Shown here one piece after another: positions 52,836 to 64,000 of a stretch of DNA of 64,000 nt. The notes under the pieces were generated by a model that saw only the letters and a program-made list of their open reading frames with translations, had not been told where the DNA came from and made no database searches. The position numbers were made by a program, and so were the translations under genes. Every line of letters starts with the position of its first letter. The first letter of the stretch is position 1. This DNA comes from Octopus sinensis (Eukaryota). Location: positions 55,490,001 to 55,554,000 of the forward strand of contig NC_042999.1 in assembly GCF_006345805.1 (NCBI RefSeq), given 5' to 3'.

Positions 52836-53559
52836 ATAAGGGTAGTAGATTGGTTGAATCGTTAGAGCGTCGGATGAATTGTCTTGCATTAATTGTTCGT
52901 TCTGAGCTCAGATGCCACGGAGATCAACATTGCCTTTCATTCTTTCGCGACCAATAAAATAAGTTATCTCTCAAGTACTGGGCTCAGTTTTATCGACTAT
53001 CCCCGACACCTTCATTTTGACAGCCTTCTGAGAAAATTTGAAACAAATAACCTGAAGAGCCTTCCGCCAACAACAAGAACCAAGAAAGGAGAGGCTTGCG
53101 TTACTATGGTCACTGCAGTTACCGAACAACCTAAATGCCATCCCTACCAACAGCAGCTGCTGCACTACCACCAACAGTAACATTAACCTCAATAGATGCA
53201 TAGCGAAGATTTTCGTCGTCGATTAGTGCAGCAAATGGTTTTGCTCCCTAAAACAACACCAGTATAAACACAAACGCAAATTACATGCATGCAGATACAA
53301 ACACAAGTTAACCTCTCTGTTTTCGTTCTCCCCCGACTTGTTTCATTCCTCTGATTAAGAGAAGGTGACACAGAATCATCGTAAATCTTGATTGTGAAAG
53401 GAAAAGAAAGAAAACGGCCAAAGATCAGTGACACGCAAAAAATAAACTAAAAATCAGTCATCCTCAATTGCGATCAAAACAAGGAGGATCAGTAATAAGC
53501 TAAGCGTCAGCAATAACCAGTTTTGCAACGTATGTAATTGGAAATGCCAACACTACGCG

Positions 53560-54050
53560 ATTTTGTAAAGGTTAGCTGTGAAAAAAGCTACAAGGAACTT
53601 ATAAATATTTCCTGTTGAAATTCTCCATGAGGTGAAGGATTTCAGATTATTAGTGGTTTATACAAAACTGTATGAGCAGGCTCGAAGTTAGGATAATCAC
53701 ACCAGTATGAATTTAAAGTTAGTTACTTGTTCCATTTATCACTCACCCAAATTGTACCTACTTGCAATCTATTGTATAAATGTCCATGCCAAGGCATGAA
53801 ATTTAAATGTGTTAGCTATCAGTGAGAGTAGGATTTCTGGAAAGCACCTACTCATGCACCTTCTCAACAATTAGGAGGTTCGCTTATCTTTCGGATGGCC
53901 CGAATCAAGAGAATTGTCCGTGTTATTTTGGAAATATCCGGTTCATTAGTACCGATAGATGACTGGAGAAGTATCTTTGGATCGTTCTGCAATCGTATGA
54001 GATTAGTCAACAGGTGAAAAGTTTTAAAATCTTCCATACTTGCTCAAGCA
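53560..54050 (-). mobile_element. Possible highly decayed mariner transposase relic
   Basis: SGHPKDKRTS..VEKVH..LGM..K*V resembles the mariner HTH-to-WVP region. Confidence 0.3.
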
Positions 54051-54449
54051 TTTTCAACTGTTTGACTAATACCCACAGTATTCCTCGATTGTGCCGAAGG
54101 GAATTGAACAAACTGTGTTAGCTTACGGAGTTAGTTTCTATATTAGTAAGAGTAGAAACGGTAGCGTCGGGTAACATAAAATTTCATTTGATTTATTTTC
54201 GGGAGAACGGTCAGCATGCAGGACAAACTACTTTGCAACATTTCGTCCGTCTCTACGTTCTAAGTTCAAATTTTGCGTTTCATCTTTTCATGATCGATGA
54301 AATAAGTACAAGCTGAACACTGGGGTCCATGCAACCGACTTACTTCGACCCCTAATATTGATAGTCTTGAGCGATAATTTGAAAGCGTAAGTATATTTTG
54401 AATTTTTGGTTTGACATTAATCTCATACAAACCACATCAGCCTTTTAAA

Positions 54450-55190
54450 TCCCAACCTTTATTCCAGAGTATTTAAATCACTGCTGAATACATATTGTCT
54501 CTCTCTTCTTCCTCTCCAAATCTTTCTAATCTCTATTCTTGCAGGGTTCAGTCTATGAAGAAAAGTTTATCTCATTATTTTGTCTTGAGCAGTTTTTCAA
54601 ATTCTGCTTAGATTTCTTTATTTGCTTCTTGTAACCTTCATTTCTTACTTTATCCTTATCTAGACTTCTATTTTGTTCTTCATAGAAACTTTTCATTAAT
54701 TTATATATTATCATTTCCTCATACCGAAAGAGAAAATAGCTTTTTTCATGCTTTTATATTATCAGTCTTTATCTTTGCTTCATTACTTATTCCATTCTAA
54801 TAGATGTCTCCTCTTATCTATGTGCTACATCTCTGTGAGAATGGTTGCTATATTTTATCAAATCAGCTTTACAATTGGGGGTATTCGGTATGCAATGTGT
54901 ATTTTTCTGATTTTCTTATCTAGGCTGTTCAGTTCACTTTGCCATCAGTTCACCTAGTTTAATGAATTATTAGTTTAAGATAGGGATCGCTATTTACACT
55001 TACAGTCTGTCTCTAACATTGAGTTCGTTTTCTCTATATTATTTTGACTCCTCTCTGTTAGGATTTTCTAATTTTCTCCGTCATTTCTTGTCAGTTGTAG
55101 CTTATCAATGTTATCAATTTTGAACTTCTTGTAATGATGTGTCTAATATTTAAAAAAAATATTTCAACGCTCAGTCTCATAAATTTCAAT
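54450..55190 (-). mobile_element. Decayed Dong-like post-RT fragment
   Basis: QSELNSLDKKIRKI..AYR resembles WTRNELTKIDRKTRKI of the 2105-6048 element. Confidence 0.5.
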
Positions 55191-55629
55191 ATTATTGAAT
55201 GTTGCTTTTTGTATTAGCCTTGGCCCGAATTCCCATTGTGTATGTAGGTTTATATATGCATATAAGAGAAGGTGGTGTAAAGTCCCTGGCTTTAAGGTTA
55301 TCGTGAAAGGCCTGGTTGGACGCCCAACCAATATGTGTGTGAATTCCAGAGGGAAATGCTCTTTGTATTTGAATACTATGCAAATATTCTTTTAAAAAAC
55401 TTTTCTTTTAATTTTTCCAAAATTTAATTGTTTTCCATACTTACAGTTGAAAAAGTCTCAATGACTGAAACTGGTACTGAAATGTTTTTTATAAAATTAT
55501 TTTAGAATTTTCTACCTTGACTATTTTTCCATATATTTCAACCTTCTACATATATATATATCATTTGTAGAAAAACATAAATCTGGAGTATCTAAGTCTA
55601 AGATGTAGAGCATTCAAAATTATAACGGG

Positions 55630-55854
55630 GTAGGTTGGTTTATGGGGTTACCCTGGGTTTCTCATCCATAAGAAATTTAGCCTTACGGTGTAGCGTGGCC
55701 TGAGACCCTAAACCTGTTGGCCTAAGATCTAATCAAAATAAGAGCCATATTTTGATGAGGTCTTAGGCCAACCGGTTTGAGGTCTGACGTTACGCCGTAA
55801 GGCCAAAATCTTTATGGACGAAAACCCCAGGGTAGCTCCATAAACCGGCCTTCC
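55630..55854. repeat. Imperfect foldback (~110-bp arms)
   Basis: 55630-55740 is the approximate reverse complement of 55748-55854; followed by (TA)n. Confidence 0.75.
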
Positions 55855-55855
55855 A

Positions 55856-55893
<38 letters not shown>

Positions 55894-55894
<1 letters not shown>

Positions 55895-56710
55895 TAGCAG
55901 TATTGCCCGGCTCCTGCGTTCTATGCACGCGCGAATTTAGCTAAACTTGGATGAAGTTTAATCAAAATTCAATTATTTTGGTTTTAAAATCAAGCATTTA
56001 ATGCCCTCTATTTTTGCGCTTATGTGTTCCATTTTCTCAATAGGAAGTACGTAGAAGCGTTTCATAAATTTTTGTTGATCAAATAATTGCATTGTTGACT
56101 TATTCTTTTAGATCAGGGGATTTTAGGGGAGAGTTTCAGGGAGTCGCTGGCGATGTATCGTGATGATCAAAAATCCGGCCTGCTAAAATTTGGTTAAAGT
56201 GATTCAAACTGCAGATTCAACGCAAAATGGTCACATTTAATTCAAAGCGTTAAAAATGTTATGAAAACAATTGGTATGTGTTCACAAAGTCCAAACGATT
56301 AATACGAAAAAACCCTCCAGGCTACATCCCGAAAATTCATTTCTTTGCCGAATTTCTACAATGTTTACGGCGATTCGTTTTTATATCATGATTTTTTTAT
56401 TTTTCATGCAATTTACGCATGCTTGCACGCGTGGTGAACACAGTTGACGTCAAACAGCATACTGAGTAAAGTTCACTATTCAATGCATGGGATAAGGCCT
56501 AAACAAACACATTATCGATTTTTGCACTTGCGAGATGAATTTCGGAACAGAAATAGCGCAGTTCAATTTTCATTCGCCTAAACTTTAAGTGACCCATTTT
56601 TGGTGGTTCTGCGATTTGTTGGCTAGGAGGAGATGTGCCGGGAAGTTAAACACACAGACACACACACAGATACACACACATACACACAAGTTGAGTTTTA
56701 TATATATAGA
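55894..56710 (-). mobile_element. Non-autonomous Helitron (817 bp), same termini as 32129-32512
   Basis: Minus strand A|TCTATATATATAAAA ... GCCGGGCAATACTGCTAG|T. Confidence 0.75.
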
Positions 56711-58522
56711 TATAGGATGGGTTTGCCCCTACTATCCACTCACAAGGCTGTTGCTATACATATATACCACACAGCTACGCGTATGTATGTATGTATGTAT
56801 GTATGTGTGTGTATATATATATATACTATGAAAACACTGAACACAAAAAAAAGACTAATTCTAAGAAATGCTGTATTTGTATGCAGCGTGTAAAAGGAAG
56901 GGAAACAACTTTGAACGTTCTGGACACTAGTCCTTCATCAGAAAGAAAATATAGAAGGAAAATAAGGAGAAGCGTAAATAACAAAATTGGGTGAAGTAAA
57001 AAGAAATCGACATGAGCTTTAGGGACCATGTGGGAATGCGGTTCTTTGGGATATATAGTTTTTTTTATTGTGAGTGTGTGTTTATTCGTCTTTCTGTTTA
57101 TCTCTCTCTGGTTGACAAAGTGTGTTGCTTTGTTCACGTCCCTGTAACATTAGCCGTTCATCAAAAACAAACTAACTGAAGTACTAGACAGAGAAAGTAA
57201 GTGCTGTGTTCGATTTCATTGACTAAACCTTGTAAGGCACTGTCCCCCCCCCCAGGAATGCTGCAGTCTATTGACATAAACTAATAAAATAATTTAAAAA
57301 ATAATACATTATCAATATTTACTTTCCTTCAGTTTTATTTGCTTATTTTTATCTTTCTCCTTCCCTTTCTTTTCAGTATATCTTTCATCATTTTATATTT
57401 CATAATATTACTCTTAATTTCCTTCTACTGAAGAGCTACTAATGGTTAATTTTCAAGTTTTTCCACTTATCTTTTAATTCAACCTTTCCGTTCCATAATT
57501 AATTTAAACAAATCTAAAACCTTTATCGTTAATATATATTATTTGATATCAATTATTATATATTATTTGGTATTGATTAATATATATTATTTGACATTAA
57601 TTCTTATAAATCGGTGTCATTATTTTCAATCTTACTTTCTCTGCACTTTTTATTATATATATATGATAACGTTTGTCTTCTAATAATAAACACTTCATAA
57701 TTTGTTTCCGATTTCACTAATTTTCCAAGATTCGTGTCTCTCATTTTTCTTTCTGGATTCTTCCTTTCTCACTAACAATCATTTATATATTCCATCATTT
57801 ATAATTATCTCACTTTTCTCTTCTTTAACACCTCATTCTTCTCTTTCTTATGTTTCTCGTACTTTTCATCAGCTACTTTTACTATTGTATATTTTTTTCC
57901 TTAAGCGCATCGATCTGGATTATTAAAAAATACACTTACATCTGTTTATTTGAGTAGTGGGGATACGAAATTTGTAGAGAGTACAATTCATAATTGACAC
58001 AGATAGATTCTTTCTCTTTATATCTAAGAAAATCAAACAATTAAAAATGAGAAATAAAAATAAATATAAGAGAAAATGAAACAAAAATAAATTCTGAAAA
58101 TAATATACACGAAAGCAGATCAGGAAAATGGTAAGTTCTTTACATTGTGCGAATAGGTATTAGTGTTATCTATTTGAGTGGGATTCTTTTACTTGAACAT
58201 TTCGTGCCAGCGTTGATTCCTAATAACATATCAGTTGCTGGTGGTTTTCTTATCTTTTAAATTTGACTTGATTCAGACAATGGACTGTGACCATGCTGCA
58301 ACACGGCCTTGTAGAGATTTTGTGAAACAAGTCGACACCAGTATTTACATATATATATATATATATATATTTTTAAGTTTAAGAAATGTTTTGTCGACCT
58401 GAGATGTTACGAGGACGTAAACAAATCAACACGGGTTGTCATGCGGTGTAGGAGACAAATCACATACAAAGGCAGACACACGCTTACCTACATCTATATC
58501 TATCAATCTATCAATCCATCTA

Positions 58523-58591
<69 letters not shown>

Positions 58592-59179
58592 GTCTGTCTG
58601 TCTGTCTGTCTGTCTGCCTGTCTGTCTGTCTGTCTGTCTGTTCGTCTGTCCGTATACACACACACATACAAATATATAAATATATATGATGGACCTCCAC
58701 ACACCAAATTTCAATTTGTTAGTCCTAAGGTGTTATAGAATACACTTGACTTTCGTGCCGCGCGTTGGAACTGAATCCGAAACCACATGGCTGCAAAGCG
58801 AGCTTCTTAATCCCATGGACATGCTTGTGACTGTCATTTGAAAAACTGCGTATATTGTGTCACTAAATCTATAAATGTTTTAAGTTCAACAGCGACTGAC
58901 AAGGTGAAGACGATCGAAATATATATGCCCTGCATAACAGCATATGATATATATTTAATACATGATTTGTTGGGTATATTTGAGGTTCATTCACGATTTC
59001 TGGACTAATTCACTCAGCCATAAAGACATGGCACCGACTACCTGTGGAATGCATTGTAAGTGAGTAAATAATGGTCTCGTTTAGATGAACTAAAATACTA
59101 TTGACTTGATATATGTGTCAATATCTACCACACACACACACACATATACACACGAAACAATAACACTCTCAGTCTGTCA

Positions 59180-59430
59180 GTATGTCTGTCTCTCTATGTA
59201 TGTATATATATATATATATATCTATATATATACATACGTATATATATATTTATATATATATACATATACATACATATATGTATGCATATATATGTATATG
59301 TATGTATATATATATGTATATATGTATATATGTGTATATATATGTACATATATATGTATATATATGTGTATATATATGTGTATATATATGTATATATATG
59401 TGTATATATATGTACATATATATGTGTTTG

Positions 59431-59468
<38 letters not shown>

Positions 59469-59500
59469 GCATATATATATATTGTACCTGTATACATAGA
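59180..59500. repeat. Degenerate (TA/TG/CA)n block
   Basis: Direct reading; source of the spurious 204-aa ORF. Confidence 0.95.
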
Positions 59501-59884
59501 GATTTTCTTACATATTTCATTGCCTATTCACAGGGCTATAAAAAGTGACGATTTTGTTTATATGTTTGTGCATGTGAGAGTACACATCGATGTTTATAAG
59601 GGTGTGTATTACGAACGTATAAGAATACAAAAAGTAAAAATTGAATTTTCTGTTGTAGCTAACTATGAAAAAACTACAACTATAGACATTCAGCGTGTAA
59701 GTCTCTGTAAGTGTCCCTGACTGTGTGCGCATGTGTGTGAAAATTTATATACCTTAATATATATATATATATATTATATATGTATTTCTGTGTATAAATA
59801 TATATTTCATATGCACATATAAACACATATAATATGATGCCTTGTATTTGTATATATACTTAGGCATTATTTCTATAATATATA

Positions 59885-59942
<58 letters not shown>

Positions 59943-61413
59943 TATGTATATATATGTGTGTGTGTGTGTGTATGTCTTTGTGCGTGTCTGATGTGTGTGT
60001 GTGTGTGTGGTAGATTTCTGTGTATGTGTGTGTTTCCATTCATTGATGTAACAACTACTTTACCAGTTTAATAGCGGGAAACATTTCGTGCGTGAAGATA
60101 ACTTATTTTCATATTTTTTGTCTTCTATATTTATCAATATATATATTTTCGTGTTGTTTATTTCTATTATGTCTGCTTTGGGTATCTCTTTATGTGGCTA
60201 CCTGTTTATTACTCTCCCTCTGTCTCTCTCTCTCTCTTTCTCTCACTCTCTCTCTCCCTCTTCTCGCCCTCTTTGTCCTCTTCTCAAATAATTGACTTTC
60301 AATGAATGCTGCGATATTTTAAGGGGGTCATCTGTCCGAAGGCATTAATTTCAATAGTCATATGAATAGTAGCCCCAGATTTAACATTTGGTTCCAGATA
60401 ACATTATGATCAGATTTCACATTTTGCTTCAATTGACTGGTTTTAAACACTACATGGACATATATAATAATATGATATATATAACTTGTTTCAGTCATTT
60501 TCCTGCGGTCATGCTGGGGCTCAGCCTTCAATATTATTATTTTTTGTCGAACGAGGAGACACTCAACGTTAGGAGAATTTTTTTAAAGTCTAGTACTTAT
60601 TATATTAGTTTTTACCGAACCGCTAAGTTATGGGGACGTAACCACACCAGTATATATATATATATATATATATACATACGACGAACTTCTTTCAGTTTCC
60701 TCCTACCAAATCTACTCACAAGTCTCTGACTGGCCCGAGGCTATAGTAGAAGACACCTGCCCTAGGTGTCACGCAGTGGAACTGAACCCAGAAGCATGTG
60801 GTTAGGCTGCAAGCTTCTTACCACACAGCCACTTCTCCACCTACATGCTTATGTATGTATAAGGATTTCATTTTATATATGTATATATAGTGATTTCAAA
60901 TACTGACACAAGGCCTATAATTATGGTGAGATGGTGAGTCGATTATATGGATCCCCAGTGCTCAAATGGTTCTTATTTTATCGACCCCGAAATGACGAAA
61001 GGAAAAGCCTACCTCGGCGGAATTCGAACTCAGAATGTAAACACGGACGAAATACCGTGCTCAACTGGTACTTATTTTATCGACTGCGAAACGATGGAAG
61101 GCAAAGTCTACATCAACGGAATTTTAACTTTGAACATAAATTTGGACGAAATACCGCTAAACTTTTTGTCCGGCCTGCTAATGATTCTACCAGATTACTG
61201 CTTTGTATTAATGCTATAAAAGTATAATAATAGTTTTGCTTTCGTTTTTATTATATTTTTCAAATAAAATCTTATTTACTGTCCTATTTAAAGGCATGTT
61301 GGATTATAGTGCAAACGACTTCACCGTTGTTGTTATTGATGATGTTGACGTTAATGTTGTAGATCATGCTTTTTTATTGTTGTTCACGGCAGAAACTGCT
61401 ATTCTTGGTGAAA

Positions 61414-61812
61414 AGGCGGCGTGCTGGCAGAATCGTTAGCACGCTCTCGAAATACTTAGCTGTATTTCATCTGCCGTTATGTTGTGAGCTCAAATTCCGC
61501 CGAGGTCGACTTTGCCTTTCAAACTTTCGGGGTGGATTAAATAAGTACCAGTTACGCACTGGGGTCGATATAATCGACTTAATCCGTTTGTCTGTCCTTG
61601 TTTGTCCTCTGTTTAGCCCCTTGTGGGTAGTAAAGAAATAGGTATTTCGTCTGCCGCTACGTTCTGAGTTCAAATTCCGCCGAGATCGACTTTGCCTTTC
61701 ATCCTTTCGGGGTCGATTAAATAAGAACCAGTTACGCACTGGGGTCGATGTAATCGACTTAATCCGTTTGTCCCCTCTGTGTGTAGCCCCTTGAGGGCAG
61801 TAAAGAAATAAG
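61414..61812 (+). mobile_element. SINE family B tandem two-unit copy
   Basis: Two ~190-bp units joined at AAAGAAATAGGTATTTCGTC. Confidence 0.85.
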
Positions 61813-61849
61813 TAACTGTTATTCTTGGTATATAGGAAAACAAGTGAAG

Positions 61850-62165
61850 GCACATAACTCAGCAGTTAGAGCGTCGAGCTCATAATCATGCGGTAGTGAT
61901 CTCAATTCGCAGACCGGGCTGTGTGTTGTGTTCCTGAGCAAGACACTTTATTCCACGTTGCTCCAGTTCTAGAAATGAATTGCGACGTCACTGGTGCCAA
62001 GCTGTACCGACCTTTGCCCTTCCCTTGGACAACATTAGTGGCCTGGAAAGGGGAGGCAGGTATGCATGAGCGACTGTTGGTCTTCCATAAATAATCTTTC
62101 CCGGACTTGTGCCTTGGTGGGTAACTTTCGTTCTAGGTGTAATCCCATGGTCATTACCCGCTTAC
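61850..62165 (+). mobile_element. SINE family C copy
   Basis: tRNA-like head plus TGAGCAAGACACTT core; matches the reverse complement of 32700-32996. Confidence 0.78.
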
Positions 62166-64000
62166 CTTTTAATATGAAAACAGTGTGAGATTGATATGAC
62201 AGAATCGAAAGAGCGTTGGAAGAAATGAAAACAAAGGATAACGATCCTTTTCGAGTCATATAAACTCCCAGGGATAGTTTCTCAGGTCCTGTGGTGCATA
62301 TATATTCCTCACCCACCAAGACACCAGTCCATCGCAGAAATACTTATTTTTGCCAGTTGAGTGAATTGGAACAACGTAAAATAAAATGCTTTGGTCAAGA
62401 ATATAACGCAATGTTCGCTCCAGGAGTCGAACGCACAAGCTTACAATCATGAGACCAACATCCTAAGAACTGAGCCACGCCCCTCCGTCGGAAGAATTGC
62501 TGAGCAATTTTTCCTCGGAATCTTTACGTTCTTTTTTCATACAACACCGAGGTCAGCTTTACTTTTTATCCTTTTAGGGTCAATATTACAAAGTAGCAAT
62601 CAATTATTGCGGTTCGATATAAGCGGCTATCGACCTTCCCACAAAATATCGGATTTCTGCAAATACATAAAATGAATTACATCGCAAACAATTTTGTAGC
62701 CGTTTGTTTTTTGTTGATGTTGTTATTGTTTGTCACAAAAGGAGCCGTTACTTTTCTTATATGAAAACAGTAAGGCATTGGGATGATAAAAATACTTTCT
62801 AGCATTTTTTCTTGCTCTACGTTCTGAGTTCGGATCCTGCGCTGGTCAACTTTGCCGTTGATGCTCTTGGAGTTCATGATATAAAGTACCTGTCTAATAC
62901 AGAGATCGATTTCATCATCTGGCCCCCATCCCTTTAAAACTTTCTCGCTTTGTGCCAAAATTAGAAATAATTATATGAAAACGGTAAGGCAGTAAACTAG
63001 CCGAACCGTTCATACGTTGGACAAAATACTTAGCAGGATTTCTTCTGATTTTCTAGGTTCTGAGTTCAAACACCAGCGTGGAATCCACTTTACCTGTCAT
63101 CTGGGGTTGATGTAATGGACTTATCTCCTCCCCCAAAGTCTCAGACCTAGTGCCTACTATAACACAAAGGTTATTATTATTGTGATTGTTGTTGCTATTA
63201 GTTTTCCTTTTGTATTCTTCTTCTCCACATTTGCTCTATTCTAATCTTTCCTTGTGAAATATCTAATCTTCTAGTAACTACTATCTCTCCTGCATAGATC
63301 AATAAGTTAATGTCACCTATATTGTTAGTATCTTATTCCCCTGAAAACTGAATCTACTTTCCCATTTTTAGCGCTTAGGTGTTATTTTGGTATTTGGGTT
63401 ACAACACTCCTCACTTTTCTCTAAAATGAAAGATGGCGAATGAAACTCCCATCCGCTGCAAAAAACAGCGGGTTGTTCACAAGACAGAACAGCCAAGTTG
63501 AACGAGATAGTGACTGTTGTAACAACAACAACAGCGCACATGGAACTATGAAAATGAATTCCCTTTTCCTCCCCTTTACTACCTCAGAAACAAAAGAAAA
63601 TTACAAACACCAAGAACACGAGCGAAAACACTACCATCTCCACCACTACCATCAGTGCCAGCAGCAGCAGCAGTAGTAGTGGTAGCAACATCAACAATAC
63701 GAGAGACAGCAACGGCAGCACCAGCAGCAGCGATGGCAATAACAACAGCGATACCAAAGGTGTCAACTATCCCAACGCATCAACCAAAACAATGACAACA
63801 ACAACATTACCAATATTACCAACAACAAGAATACTTCCGCAGTGGTAGCACTCAAAATGAGATCACGATTCAGCCTAGACCTCCCTCGCAAACAAAGCTG
63901 AAAAGTTGGCCCGAAGCCTGGGATCGCATCAAACACGAGCAAACCTGGGCGAACCTAACCATCTCGGCAGTGGAGAGAAGAACCGTATGTTTCAGATGCT

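Overview
AT-rich, repeat-saturated animal nuclear DNA, most likely from an octopod cephalopod. This is inferred from the recurrent octopus-type SINE families and a mollusc-like mitochondrial nad1 insert. No host protein-coding gene is recognisable; there are only three weak exon candidates. The window contains: a nearly full-length R4/Dong-clade non-LTR retrotransposon in a (TAA)n tract plus several Dong fragments; RTE and CR1-group LINE fragments; two full-length dead mariners (one carrying a nad1 NUMT); a hAT relic; a Tigger-like MITE; non-autonomous Helitrons; Penelope-like (GIY-YIG) remnants; about 20 SINE copies; very many microsatellites; and one 100-N gap. The most interesting signal is a set of unrelated short elements carrying type I hammerhead ribozyme folds with palindromic stem III, arranged as tandem and/or foldback copies next to (TA)n tracts. 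The best case is a 481-bp tandem unit at 26014-27066 with two complete long-stem-II hammerheads that would release a highly structured 481-nt retrozyme-like RNA. All calls were made by eye. Single-base indels in homopolymers suggest residual long-read consensus errors.
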